Below, one piece after another: positions 34,638 to 45,170 of a DNA stretch of 64,000 bases; position 1 is the stretch's first letter; every line of letters starts with the position of its first letter. The DNA lies in IMG/VR virus record IMGVR_UViG_3300024262_006558, positions 248,001-312,000 of that record, one strand, 5' to 3'. Below the pieces are notes generated by a model, which saw only the letters and a list, made by a program, of their open reading frames with translations, made no database searches and was not told where the DNA came from. Position numbers and translations under genes: made by a program.

Positions 34638-36044
34638 TTACCATTTGTCTTTAGTAAAGTACTTTTTTAATGAGTCATATATGTATATAGACGCTTCTCC
34701 TGTAGATCCTGTTTCATAAGATCCTCTATAACTATAATCTATCAAACTACTAGACACAGTTTGAACCATTTTTGTAATTGGCGTTGGAATTAGTGGTATA
34801 TCCATTCCATATTTATTAAGAGCTTTAATGAAGAAATTTCGAGCTATTACTGATGCTACCAAATATTTTGTAGAGTGGCTTAGTTCCGCGCATTTATCTA
34901 AAGCTTTTTCAATAGTAATGTGTGATCTCTTACTAGGATTAGCTCCGTGTTTCATCAGAACTTTAAAAGAATCTTGACAATCTTGCATAATAGAACAAAT
35001 AATAGCTGTCACTTTTTTCTTGTTAAGAAAATTCATATTTGCTCCAAAGTTTGCTAAGATTTCCAATTTTTCTACATCACCTTTCATTACACATTCATGC
35101 ACTAATCTGTTACCATTACTAACAAAAGAGTTTGGGTTAGCTCCGTTTTTCATGAACAACACTAGCACTCTCTTATCGCTATGATCGATAGCTTCTTCTA
35201 TAAACCTATTAGCATTTGACCCTTTCTTCAATAAAGACTCCATCTTTTTAAGAACTTTAACTCTAGTGTTTTTCTCTTCTTTATCATTTAACAAAGTGAT
35301 TGAGTTTATTATATTGGATGGATCAGTTTTCAACAAATAAGATAGAATTATGTCAGGGTCAATCCCCATTTCTATTAATAAATCAAATTTACTCTCTTTA
35401 TTTTCAAAAGTTTCTTGAAGGTAATCTCTTATATATAGATCTGTGTTGGAAAAACATTTAGATAATAAAATCATCTTCTCATCAAAATCATCTCTTTTAA
35501 AGAGATGATCATGTTTCCAATAATAAAAAATAAATGAAGATTTTAAACTTTCACTTGTTATTTGAGAGATTAATGCTTTAAAAACATTAATTTCCTGACA
35601 GAATATTTCATATAAAATATCATTGTCAGTAACCAGTTGTAATGATATAAAAGAAAACGTTCCAAGTTTACTTAATGCTTTCTCCACATAATTAAATTTT
35701 CTTTTAACTAATAAGAAAATTAAAAATTTAGACCCAAAACTTTTAAGTTTACTGTCGTCAACTACTATACTTTCAACTTTTTGTATAATCTTATTTAGTA
35801 TGTAGTTAAATACTATATCTAATTTTTTGTCATCTTTATTATCTATACAGTGAAGAAGTACTTCAAGAGCTTCATCTAATGTAAGATTTGTAGGTTCAGC
35901 TGAAAATTCAAAGAAGTATTTAAATAAGAAAGGTTTAGGAAGTTTAAATCTTTCTTTTTCGCTCATAGACTCAATATCAATGAATTCCATGTATTCATTG
36001 GCTATTTCTTCGCTGTATGGTAGTTTAAGGTTTATAGTAGCCAT
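34638..36044 (-). CDS. ankyrin-repeat protein with LPYSEE-type head
   Basis: GNRLVHECVMKGDVEKLEILANFGANMN. Confidence 0.8.
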   Translation of the reverse strand: MATINLKLPYSEEIANEYMEFIDIESMSEKERFKLPKPFLFKYFFEFSAEPTNLTLDEALEVLLHCIDNKDDKKLDIVFNYILNKIIQKVESIVVDDSKLKSFGSKFLIFLLVKRKFNYVEKALSKLGTFSFISLQLVTDNDILYEIFCQEINVFKALISQITSESLKSSFIFYYWKHDHLFKRDDFDEKMILLSKCFSNTDLYIRDYLQETFENKESKFDLLIEMGIDPDIILSYLLKTDPSNIINSITLLNDKEEKNTRVKVLKKMESLLKKGSNANRFIEEAIDHSDKRVLVLFMKNGANPNSFVSNGNRLVHECVMKGDVEKLEILANFGANMNFLNKKKVTAIICSIMQDCQDSFKVLMKHGANPSKRSHITIEKALDKCAELSHSTKYLVASVIARNFFIKALNKYGMDIPLIPTPITKMVQTVSSSLIDYSYRGSYETGSTGEASIYIYDSLKKYFTKDKW

Positions 36045-36544
36045 TAGGAAAAAGGTTTATGTGTTTTTTCGAACATCATTGTTTTAATGCTCGTAATATG
36101 TTTTGAATTTAAACCACTAGAAAGATCGTCAATTGCAAGCATTGCGCTATTACCATCATCTTTACTTTCTAGTTCAGGATCAGCTCCGTTTTTAAGTAAG
36201 GCTTTAACTATTTCCACATGCTTGACTGAAATAGATGGACAGTACCATTGTCCAGATTTTACTATTAGCCTGCAAATAATTGATTCGTTATGTCTTGGAG
36301 CTGTAATATTTGGATCAACTCCTTTACTTAGAAAGTCTTTTATAGCCTCTACGTCCAACACATCAATCATTTTGTTAAATATTCTTCTTTGAGATACTAC
36401 TGGAATAGCGCTAATTATTTCTTTAGGGACTTTACTAATTAATTTATAGGACACATTGTCCCAATCAATGAATTCAGCGAATTCATTGAGAACTTCTTCA
36501 CTAAAGTCTATTATGATAGGTATTTTAAGATTAGATTCACTCAT
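36044..36544 (-). CDS. ankyrin-repeat protein with Trp head
   Basis: FSEEVLNEFAEFIDW; IVKALLKNGADPE. Confidence 0.8.
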   Translation of the reverse strand: MSESNLKIPIIIDFSEEVLNEFAEFIDWDNVSYKLISKVPKEIISAIPVVSQRRIFNKMIDVLDVEAIKDFLSKGVDPNITAPRHNESIICRLIVKSGQWYCPSISVKHVEIVKALLKNGADPELESKDDGNSAMLAIDDLSSGLNSKHITSIKTMMFEKTHKPFS

Positions 36545-37370
36545 GTCTAAGGAGTTTATAAACGTCTATTTTATCTAATACTTCTTGAAAGTAATTTCTT
36601 ATAACGTTTTCAGGTGTGCTATTATATTCTGAGGTCTCAAGACATCCCTCAGAATAATCAACTACACCAAGCTTTGTATCATCTTTAGGTTTTAACGTCT
36701 TTTGTTCTTCATTGTATTGTTCTATGTTTTTCATGCCATATTTTACTAGTAGAAAATAGATTTCTTCAAATTCTCGTCCAGGACTATACCATTGGTGATA
36801 AGAGTCCCCTTCACTATCTAGGTAATATGGATTAGCTCCATATTTAAGCATAGATTCTATTATTATGTATTCAATATGAGAGCCTTCATATCCTACTACA
36901 AGTTCATTAAAAACACTGCTTCCGTCCTCTAATATTAGATTAGGGTCAGCTCCATGTCTCAATAAAGTCTTAACAATGTGAAAATTTTTGGAGTCCACCG
37001 ATCTTTCTAAAGACGTAAAACCACAAAAATCTTCTCCTATGTTAGGGTTAGCCCCTTTTTTTAGAAGATGTTCAACAAAATCTATTTTATAATTCTCAAT
37101 ACATAATGGAAGCATCGCTGTATCATTTTCAAATATAGTATTTACGTCAAACTCAGATATTTCTAATATCTTCTTAAACTTTTTAAGAGAGCATGTGTAA
37201 TCTTCTTTAATAATATATAGGATGATTGACTTCCAGTCCATTTCAGTTTTGAAATCTTCTAGGAATCCAATAGAAAAACCTAAAAAATGCTGAACCCATT
37301 CTTTAGGGAAGAAATTTTGAGGTTTATCGGCATTCTTTATATACCATTTTTCTGAATATTTTTTTGGCAT
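36537..37370 (-). CDS. ankyrin-repeat protein with Trp-like head
   Basis: SEKWYIKNAD; VEHLLKKGANPN, VKTLLRHGADPN. Confidence 0.85.
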   Translation of the reverse strand: MPKKYSEKWYIKNADKPQNFFPKEWVQHFLGFSIGFLEDFKTEMDWKSIILYIIKEDYTCSLKKFKKILEISEFDVNTIFENDTAMLPLCIENYKIDFVEHLLKKGANPNIGEDFCGFTSLERSVDSKNFHIVKTLLRHGADPNLILEDGSSVFNELVVGYEGSHIEYIIIESMLKYGANPYYLDSEGDSYHQWYSPGREFEEIYFLLVKYGMKNIEQYNEEQKTLKPKDDTKLGVVDYSEGCLETSEYNSTPENVIRNYFQEVLDKIDVYKLLRHE

Positions 37371-37831
37371 TTTTGTCTATTTTCAAATTTAGTAAGATAA
37401 GATAAGCATCTTTTAAATTTCCTAAATGCTACTCTATTTTTTCTAGTATAACCTTTTCCAGATGCTATAACCACTTTTAATTTAAGTAACTTTCTTGATA
37501 AATTTAGATTTGTATAACTATCTTCATCAATAAGAAACTTAATAGCTTCTATGTTACCATGCATAATGGAAATAACCCAAGGAGTTTCTCCATTAGAATC
37601 ATAAAGATACTTAAATTCTAACAAAACAGCAACTCTTCTCATTTCTATTGATCTACTTTTACATTGACAAAGATAACAGAAATAGTTTATGAGATTTATT
37701 TCATCTTTAAAATGCAATATAAAATCAGTAGAGAAGTCTGGCAATCTGTGCCAGACTTCTTTTTCCCAATTAGTTATTAGATCAGCATTTCTAGTAGCCC
37801 ACTCTTCGGTTATTAACCTACCCATTCCCAT
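37337..37831 (-). CDS. Trp head + degenerate ankyrin repeat
   Basis: TEEWATRNADLITNW; GETPWVISIMHGNIEAIKFLID. Confidence 0.7.
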   Translation of the reverse strand: MGMGRLITEEWATRNADLITNWEKEVWHRLPDFSTDFILHFKDEINLINYFCYLCQCKSRSIEMRRVAVLLEFKYLYDSNGETPWVISIMHGNIEAIKFLIDEDSYTNLNLSRKLLKLKVVIASGKGYTRKNRVAFRKFKRCLSYLTKFENRQKCQKNIQKNGI

Positions 37832-38481
37832 TTATTATAGTCTTGATCTTTAGATTCTGAAGCTCCAGCTCCAGGAACAGCCCCTAAGTTAAGCAAATAT
37901 TCTTTTACTATTGTGTAAGGGTTAGCGTTATCATAAAGATAGTTTAATTCATTGTTATATAGATAATCTAATGGAGTCCAACCTTTATGACATTTATCAT
38001 TAATATTAGCACCAGCTTCAATAAGATAGCGATGTATATTATCTTCTATATGAGATTGCTCCAAAGAAATCATCAATGGAGATTTACCTGTTGATATACC
38101 TTTTGAGTTTGGATCCGCTCCGCATTGTATAAGCATGTCTAAGGAGTTTTTGAGACCGTGGTATGCGGCAGCACATAATGAAGGAGTTATTGTATTAAGA
38201 GGCTTCTTTCTTAGCCAATACCTAACATAATTAATATCCATTATAGTGCTTAGAGTATTTATCAAATGGATTTTTTCATTATGTATAGCCCATGAAAATA
38301 ATACACCTAAATTTAGTTCATTTTTAAAGTCATTTAAAAACTCAGCATCAAAACCAGATATCTCTTCAAAATATTCATACCATTCTTCTATTTGATCCGC
38401 ATTTTGCACAAACCATTCCTGTCCTGAAGATCTTCTACGAATCTTTCTGGATTCATAATTAAAATATCCACTAGCTTCCAT
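37813..38481 (-). CDS. ankyrin-repeat protein with Trp head
   Basis: QEWFVQNADQIEEW; GKSPLMISLEQ...LIEAGANIN. Confidence 0.85.
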   Translation of the reverse strand: MEASGYFNYESRKIRRRSSGQEWFVQNADQIEEWYEYFEEISGFDAEFLNDFKNELNLGVLFSWAIHNEKIHLINTLSTIMDINYVRYWLRKKPLNTITPSLCAAAYHGLKNSLDMLIQCGADPNSKGISTGKSPLMISLEQSHIEDNIHRYLIEAGANINDKCHKGWTPLDYLYNNELNYLYDNANPYTIVKEYLLNLGAVPGAGASESKDQDYNKWEWVG

Positions 38482-39613
38482 ATTCTTGTAGTAGTTCTGT
38501 GAGCTCGTAATTACGTTTACTTCTAGCATATTCTACTAACTTTAAACCATTAATAGTTCCTTTATTAGGATCAACTCCTAGCTTTAACATATCTTCAACA
38601 ACTTTTAGGTTGTTGTCGCAAATTGCTCTTTGTAGAATTTCACTATTTGAATATGACCCGTTTTTAGATAACATTTTAATTGCTTCTATTGGACCATTTG
38701 TTATTGCATGCTTAGCTAAAGAAATACCTTCATTGTTTTTTTTAGTTAAATCGGCACCTTTATCAATAGCAAATTTGAATAGGTCTAGATTTTTATTGTA
38801 AAGACCTATCCATATAAGTGATTTTTTATCTCTTAATACAGCATCAATTTTCCAAAAACCATTATCAATAATGTATCCTAACAGTTTCATCATATTTTTC
38901 TTTTGATTGTCTGGTACTGGCTTTATCATATTATTAGCGCACCATAAAACAGTTCTTTCAACAACTTTCTTCTCCATACATGAATTAATAAATTCTTCAT
39001 CTATAGAGTTTTTAAGATCATACATATACACCATAGATTTAATTAAAGGAACTGAAGGCGCGGCTTTATATCCTTTTTCTTTTATGAAGAATTTGATCAA
39101 CTCTACAGTTTTTATATATGAAAATCTATCACTATTTGAAATAACAATCGTCATTTGTAAGTTGGTAAGGTTTAAGCGTTTTAATAAACTTATCGCTATA
39201 TTAGATGAAACAACCGACATTACAAACGCTAAAGTAAACTTATCTATTTTTCTGCCTTCTAAAAATTTAACACATGATATTATATCCTCTTGCTTTAAAG
39301 CGTGTTTAAAAGCGTCTCTAACACCACCTACTTCAATTGAGCTATTTTTAAGACTAGCATCCTTAGTCTTTATGTCTAGAATGTTAAATATCATTCTAGC
39401 CGAATTGCCTCTATTATCATTTATGAGAGTAATATATAGCTGGCTAAGCATTTTAAATGTCAATCCAGTCTGATCCGTAATCAGACTGGATAGTAGATCA
39501 TCGGGAAGGGCAGAAATATCTTCACAACTCATTAAAGGAAGCTCAAGGAACTCAAAGAATTCCTTGGCTAACTCATTAGAGTATGGCACTTTTAACGTTA
39601 GGTAATTGGACAT
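38471..39613 (-). CDS. ankyrin-repeat protein with VPYSNE-type head
   Basis: FAIDKGADLTKKNNEGISLAKHAI; MLKLGVDPN. Confidence 0.8.
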   Translation of the reverse strand: MSNYLTLKVPYSNELAKEFFEFLELPLMSCEDISALPDDLLSSLITDQTGLTFKMLSQLYITLINDNRGNSARMIFNILDIKTKDASLKNSSIEVGGVRDAFKHALKQEDIISCVKFLEGRKIDKFTLAFVMSVVSSNIAISLLKRLNLTNLQMTIVISNSDRFSYIKTVELIKFFIKEKGYKAAPSVPLIKSMVYMYDLKNSIDEEFINSCMEKKVVERTVLWCANNMIKPVPDNQKKNMMKLLGYIIDNGFWKIDAVLRDKKSLIWIGLYNKNLDLFKFAIDKGADLTKKNNEGISLAKHAITNGPIEAIKMLSKNGSYSNSEILQRAICDNNLKVVEDMLKLGVDPNKGTINGLKLVEYARSKRNYELTELLQEYGS

Positions 39614-39614
39614 A

Positions 39615-41579
39615 TTACAATAAAGATTTTAGTTTTTCCATTGTCTTAGCAAGTTCAGACATTTCTTTTTTAATAGCTTCTTTATCTTTTTCTATAATAG
39701 CTTTGATATCGAATTTAGTCAACATTTCATTGTCTAGCCATTTGTCTACAGTTGTATACAAAGCTTCAACATCTCCTTTAAAATCACTTAACTTAATGGC
39801 ATGAAAATATTTTTCATCGTAATGATTTTTACCCTCCCATCTACTTCCTGTATGATGTGCATTGGTCTCAGACAGCACTAGGTAAGCTTCTCCGTTATCC
39901 ACGTAATCTGTTAAACAATCAACATTGTGTTGCAAGTCAAAAGAATAGTTAGTTACTTGAACCGTTCTAATTAGCATATTAGAACCTCCATGACTCAGTA
40001 AAAAAGAGGAATAGTTTGAATTATAATATCCTCCATATACCCTTTTTTTGTATTTTAAATTTATTTCTTTATTAATTAAAGATTTTTTGTTTATAATTAA
40101 TGTTCTATTTTCATCTGTTCCAACTATCTTTTTAGAATTTTTCTTAACCAATGCTTTAGTCATTTTAAGATCATCACTTTCATCTTCAAAGTGATGATTA
40201 ACAAACTCACGAGATAAAAATTTATCTATAGCATATATTCTTTGTTTTTTAATGTCAACATTTGATTCATCGTTTTTTAAAGACAAATCAAACAAATTCC
40301 TTAGACTTATATGTTCTGTAACATAACAACTAGTAACATATCCTTTATCATCCGTACCATTTTTATGAATATTATGAAATAATTTAAGAGTTGGGAAATC
40401 TGTAGTCAATGTCTCAACCCAATTCAACAAACTAATAAGCACAGGATACATTTCTTCTTCTGATTCTATAAACTCTGTTAGATATTGATTCTTTCTTTCA
40501 TATTTCCATTCAAGATTACTTAGTTGCTCTTTTCTTTCACTTTCATCTTTGCAATTTTTAAGTTGTTTATTTTCCTCTTTAGTAATAGATTGAGGTTTAG
40601 GCATTTCTTGACCTATAGTCTCTTGCCAATATTTAGACCATCCATGAAGGTGTGAATGTCTATTTCCGATCAATTTGTTAATTAACAAATACATAAATGA
40701 GTTCTCAGATGTTTTATCTACTAGCTCTTCATTTAATCCTTGTTCCTTTAAAAACTCATACCCTTCTTTACTGTCAAACTTAATACATGCTGAAAGTAAA
40801 TTACTAGCTACGGATAAATTCTCTGCTTTATTATCTTGACTTGTGTAAACATCATCAATTTTAACCATTCCAGTTAAAAATATAAATTTAAGAAAATCTA
40901 AGAAGTTTTCTTTTTCTAACCTGATACTGCTTGAAAAATGTTGGTTATTTCTTCTATTATTATCAGATGAGTAATGATAAATAAATTGGAGCACTAAACT
41001 TTGCACTGTGTCTTTAGACACTACTTTGTATAGTTTTCTCTCTTCTAATAGTTTATTGACTTTTTCATTTTCTATATTAAACTCTTCTTTATTAACTTTA
41101 GGTGAATATTCATTACCTATAACATCGCGTATATCATCAATCTTTTTTTGAATTTTGTCTATAGATTTTTCGTTTTCCTCGTTATACTTAACAAGAACCA
41201 TATCTTTATGTTTTAGGCTCAAAGGGTTATAAGGGAAAGATCTATAATCTTCATTTCTACGTGAATTTACATTATTTGATTCACTTCTTGTAAGATAATA
41301 TTTATTTAAAAAATGATACACAAAAGGTTTATACAACTCCATGTCTTCGTGGGTGTATATTTTTAACTGTTCTGGAGTTATAGATTCCAAGTATGATTTA
41401 TAGTAAAATTTTTCATCAGAATTTTTACATAATGTTTCGTTTTCAGAAACTCTAACATTAACATAAGATTGAGCAGTAGAAATTATTTTTTTTATATCTA
41501 AATCATAAACTTCACCCTCTTCATCAGTGAATTGTGTTAAATTTAATTCTATTGAAAATTTACTATCTACCTTTTTCAT
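39615..41579 (-). CDS. large hypothetical protein
   Basis: 654-aa ORF preceded by a class II promoter. Confidence 0.8.
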   Translation of the reverse strand: MKKVDSKFSIELNLTQFTDEEGEVYDLDIKKIISTAQSYVNVRVSENETLCKNSDEKFYYKSYLESITPEQLKIYTHEDMELYKPFVYHFLNKYYLTRSESNNVNSRRNEDYRSFPYNPLSLKHKDMVLVKYNEENEKSIDKIQKKIDDIRDVIGNEYSPKVNKEEFNIENEKVNKLLEERKLYKVVSKDTVQSLVLQFIYHYSSDNNRRNNQHFSSSIRLEKENFLDFLKFIFLTGMVKIDDVYTSQDNKAENLSVASNLLSACIKFDSKEGYEFLKEQGLNEELVDKTSENSFMYLLINKLIGNRHSHLHGWSKYWQETIGQEMPKPQSITKEENKQLKNCKDESERKEQLSNLEWKYERKNQYLTEFIESEEEMYPVLISLLNWVETLTTDFPTLKLFHNIHKNGTDDKGYVTSCYVTEHISLRNLFDLSLKNDESNVDIKKQRIYAIDKFLSREFVNHHFEDESDDLKMTKALVKKNSKKIVGTDENRTLIINKKSLINKEINLKYKKRVYGGYYNSNYSSFLLSHGGSNMLIRTVQVTNYSFDLQHNVDCLTDYVDNGEAYLVLSETNAHHTGSRWEGKNHYDEKYFHAIKLSDFKGDVEALYTTVDKWLDNEMLTKFDIKAIIEKDKEAIKKEMSELAKTMEKLKSLL

Positions 41580-41635
41580 ATGCTTCTCAATTTAGTTCCT
41601 TAACTATACAACGGATAAAACCTTAAAATGTTTCA

Positions 41636-42328
41636 TCAATCTATATCATATCCATAAACTTTATTGTGCATTACGGCTCCGTAACCCGATAATAGATTCA
41701 CTGTATCATCTTTTCCATCGTTATTACACTTTGAAGCATACCATAACACGCTTGCTCCAGAGTAACACTTGGCATTAACATCTGCTCCATGACATATAAG
41801 TAAATCGCATAGATCTGTTTTTCCAAGAAATGCTAAAAACATAAGAGGTGTGTTTCCCAATTTATGTTTTTTGTTAATGTCTACACCCAAATCGATTAAA
41901 TAATTAATCACACCATCATCATCGTTTTTTCTTTTAGCGGAATAGTAAATAGGTGACACTTCATTTTCATCACAAGCATTTTTATCTGCACCTTTATCGA
42001 TAAAATATTTAACCATGTCTAAGTCGGCATGGTTAGCAGCCCACATAAGAGGAGTGGTATCACCTTCTAATCTTATATCTATATCATAATCTAAAAAGTG
42101 AGAATCAAAAATAGTTTTAATTGTATAAAAATTATTGTTTTGAATAGCCCATACTATTAATTTGTTCATTCCAATTTCATCTTTAAATTGGCAAAAGAAA
42201 TCTTCAGAGAAATCGCAAATTACTTCCCAATAATAATCCCAGTCAACTATGTCATCAGCATTTTCAATATACCATTCTTCTCTGTAGTAGTCATCCTCAT
42301 TATCAGATTCTAAAATTTTTTCATTCAT
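41636..42328 (-). CDS. ankyrin-repeat protein with Trp head
   Basis: REEWYIENADDIVDW; GDTTPLMWAANHADLDMVKYFIDKGAD. Confidence 0.9.
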   Translation of the reverse strand: MNEKILESDNEDDYYREEWYIENADDIVDWDYYWEVICDFSEDFFCQFKDEIGMNKLIVWAIQNNNFYTIKTIFDSHFLDYDIDIRLEGDTTPLMWAANHADLDMVKYFIDKGADKNACDENEVSPIYYSAKRKNDDDGVINYLIDLGVDINKKHKLGNTPLMFLAFLGKTDLCDLLICHGADVNAKCYSGASVLWYASKCNNDGKDDTVNLLSGYGAVMHNKVYGYDID

Positions 42329-42329
42329 A

Positions 42330-42800
42330 TTAGCGTGATGTTAGTAGAGATGAAATGAACTTATCACCTTTTAATTCCGCGTAGTAAAAAGCGTTGTTGC
42401 CATTTTTATCAGTTTTAAATGGATCCGCTTTAAATTTAAGTAATAAATCAATAAAATCTGCATTATTAAATGCAATAGCAAAACATAACATTGGAGTTTT
42501 TAAACCATTTCTAAAATTTATTAAAATATTTGGATCAGCTTTATTAGCCAATAGGTCACAAGCAATAGAGTACCTATTGCTATTTAAAGCGTAAGCTAGA
42601 GATGAATTTCCATTATCGTCTATTTGGTTAACGTCCGCTCCATGTTTAATTAATAACTTCATAACGGCTGTTGTTCCTTTGTTAGCGCAATTCATGAGAG
42701 CCGTTCTAGAGTTGTTATCTTTATAGACTTGGTTGACATCAGCTCCAGCTTGTATTAATTTATTAGTTAATTTTACATTTAGCGACATATAATGAAACAT
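42330..42800 (-). CDS. ankyrin-repeat protein
   Basis: RTALMNCANKGTTAVMKLLIKHGADVN. Confidence 0.9.
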   Translation of the reverse strand: MFHYMSLNVKLTNKLIQAGADVNQVYKDNNSRTALMNCANKGTTAVMKLLIKHGADVNQIDDNGNSSLAYALNSNRYSIACDLLANKADPNILINFRNGLKTPMLCFAIAFNNADFIDLLLKFKADPFKTDKNGNNAFYYAELKGDKFISSLLTSR

Positions 42801-42827
42801 TGCTTATGAATTTCATCATATGTTTGA

Positions 42828-43142
42828 TTAAAATAAAACACTTCCTCTAGAGATAGTATGTTGATAAGCTCCCGACAACTCACTGCCAAAAACCTTCTTG
42901 GATTCAAGTATGTTGTTTATTAAAATTTCATACATTTGCTCTAAACAATCCTCTGGTGTGCCTGGAATATTTAAATAAAAGTCATACACTATAAAAAGTT
43001 GACTCATGGATAACTCATTTAAATTATCTAAAATAAGATTTTTTGGCACTCCCGTGATATCTTTAACTGATATCGAACCCCATTCAATAAGATGAGGGTA
43101 CTCAACAATAATGTCTAAAGAAAATGGAACGTTAATTTTCAT
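42828..43142 (-). CDS. small protein with VPFS-type Trp head
   Basis: KINVPFSLDIIVEYPHLIEW. Confidence 0.65.
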   Translation of the reverse strand: MKINVPFSLDIIVEYPHLIEWGSISVKDITGVPKNLILDNLNELSMSQLFIVYDFYLNIPGTPEDCLEQMYEILINNILESKKVFGSELSGAYQHTISRGSVLF

Positions 43143-43217
43143 ATTTTAATTTACCCATAATATTGTTTTTTATATTTCTCCTAGCACAAATATAAGAAAA
43201 ATAAATTATTTATTATT

Positions 43218-43940
43218 ATGAACTGGCTAAAAAAGATTTCTGAAAGTTTCTTTGCACAATTAATGATGATGCTAGGAGCGTTTGCTGTCCTTCTAGGTAT
43301 TGTTTTCTTTTGTTTAACCATTTATGCTAATAGCTTATCTGGAAGCATGAGAGGTGGTCATTCTCATGATTTCAAAGTAGAGTATGTAAATAATAAAGTT
43401 TATCTTGTGGATCATGACAATGAATCTAAGATATCTGTTATAAAGTCGGTTTACCAGGAGCCAGCATTTGAGCGTATTATTGGTCAAATGAATGAGATAA
43501 GAAAAAGATCAGAATCTCATGATAAAACCATGATTTTCTTTTTTCAACAACAATACATTTTCAATTTGCTACAAGCTTTTATGATACTTGTCACCACTAT
43601 TTTTATGCTAGTGGTAAGTAAATATGGATGGGACAACGTAGATAGATGGCTTCTTATAGCCTTCTTTGTTTGCGGTGGGTACGTTGCGTTCTTTAACGTA
43701 ATACCTCAATCCCTTAAAATTCAAGACAACATACACAACAATAAGAAGTATTATCTTATTTATGACAATGCTGAGAGTTCTATCATAACTTATTTAGCTA
43801 CTGGAGAGAACTCTGAAGGAGTGTTTATTAAACCTAATGACTATGTTCACAAATTGGATAAACAATTAAAGATGAACAATGATATTTCTTTTGATTTAGA
43901 TGATATACCTAAACAAGACTTTCAATTCGATAAGAAATAA
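43218..43940 (+). CDS. membrane protein (3 predicted TM segments), counter-oriented
   Basis: Hydrophobic stretches; the only credible + strand gene in the right arm. Confidence 0.75.
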   Translation: MNWLKKISESFFAQLMMMLGAFAVLLGIVFFCLTIYANSLSGSMRGGHSHDFKVEYVNNKVYLVDHDNESKISVIKSVYQEPAFERIIGQMNEIRKRSESHDKTMIFFFQQQYIFNLLQAFMILVTTIFMLVVSKYGWDNVDRWLLIAFFVCGGYVAFFNVIPQSLKIQDNIHNNKKYYLIYDNAESSIITYLATGENSEGVFIKPNDYVHKLDKQLKMNNDISFDLDDIPKQDFQFDKK

Positions 43941-43961
43941 TCATTTAATACTGGTTTAATA

Positions 43962-44306
43962 TCAAGCATAAAGAGAAATTCGATGACTACATTCTTCACA
44001 TCTATGATGTAAATCTTGTATAGAGTTTTCTAAATCAACCTTCATGTTTTGAAACCTATCTGGTAGATATGAAATATCAGGTTGATCAAATGGGGATTGA
44101 TGATTCATACCTCTATCTTTCATTTCTGCAGCTACTTGATCATGACGAATACCCATAGACTGGGGTTCTATCTGAACAATTGGCTCCATTCTTCCCGTCA
44201 TATTATGTTTCTTAATAAAATTGTGTCGGTGTTTATGTATCTCTCCATGTTCTCCTAAAAGATGCTTATTACAAAGCATTTTTGGAGGTATCATCCACAT
44301 TCTCAT
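43962..44306 (-). CDS. pyrimidine dimer DNA glycosylase / endonuclease V family
   Basis: MRMWMIPPKMLCNKHLLGEHGEIH, matching the DenV-like N-terminal motif. Confidence 0.8.
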   Translation of the reverse strand: MRMWMIPPKMLCNKHLLGEHGEIHKHRHNFIKKHNMTGRMEPIVQIEPQSMGIRHDQVAAEMKDRGMNHQSPFDQPDISYLPDRFQNMKVDLENSIQDLHHRCEECSHRISLYA

Positions 44307-44412
44307 ATATCTCGTTTAAGAGCGTCTCCATAACTTGGCAAACACCCTAAATTGCTGGCCATAATTCCAGCTTCAGAGGTTGGATCTATAGGGCAGTCTT
44401 TGCAAGGCTTTT

Positions 44413-45168
44413 TCATATTAAGTCTTTAAATGCTTCTTGGACTAACTGTGTATTTTCCATACCTTTCATTAAAGAATTTATCTTCAAACGAATTTCAAGT
44501 TCTGCAATGTTTTTCTTATTTTCCTCTATGTCACTTTTTACTTCATCTTCATGTTTTTTGTCTTGTTTCTTTAAATCAATAATCTCTGCAACAATTTCAA
44601 TCTGTTTATTTCTATCTGGAATAGTTTTTTCAGAGATCTCTAGCCCTTCCTTAATGGTTTTATTTTTTTCATACCATCCCCTAGATGTAAGAAAATCTTT
44701 TTCTTCATCAGTAAGTTTTTCTACTTTATATTCAATTGGATTACCTTTTAACGCGACAAGAGCATCTAACCCTTCTTTGTTATCCTTTAGCCAGGCTTCA
44801 TACAGAGGCTTACCTTCTTCGCTTTGTGCGATTTCTGTATCTGTCTTACCAAATGCTGGTATATTTTCTGAGGATCCAAGTAAATGACGTAAAAATGACA
44901 TGTGACTTAAGTTACCTCCACTTTTTGACAGCTCTTCTTCAATGCAATATACTCCTTCCAAGCATATTGTTTCATCATCAGGGAGGTGAGAGTATGATTT
45001 AGTAACTATCTTAACCTTCTTCTCAGTAATAAGAGAATCCAAAGCATCTTGAACTTCTTTATTTTGTTTTAACATGAATAGAGGTATTCCCTGGCCATGC
45101 TTTGCTGTAATATCCACAACGTTTTCATAAAGCTCTTCTTTAGTTACAGTTTTTTTCTTAGTAGCCAT
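44413..45168 (-). CDS. hypothetical protein
   Basis: ORF track. Confidence 0.75.
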   Translation of the reverse strand: MATKKKTVTKEELYENVVDITAKHGQGIPLFMLKQNKEVQDALDSLITEKKVKIVTKSYSHLPDDETICLEGVYCIEEELSKSGGNLSHMSFLRHLLGSSENIPAFGKTDTEIAQSEEGKPLYEAWLKDNKEGLDALVALKGNPIEYKVEKLTDEEKDFLTSRGWYEKNKTIKEGLEISEKTIPDRNKQIEIVAEIIDLKKQDKKHEDEVKSDIEENKKNIAELEIRLKINSLMKGMENTQLVQEAFKDLI

Positions 45169-45170
45169 AT

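Noticed and set aside
42330-43142. Stop-codon readthrough fusing the head-only ORF 42828-43142 to ankyrin ORF 42330-42800
   Set aside because: They are in frame, but four stop codons (TAA, TGA, TGA, TAA) separate them; most other genes also end normally at TAG or TGA, so there is no sign of recoding.
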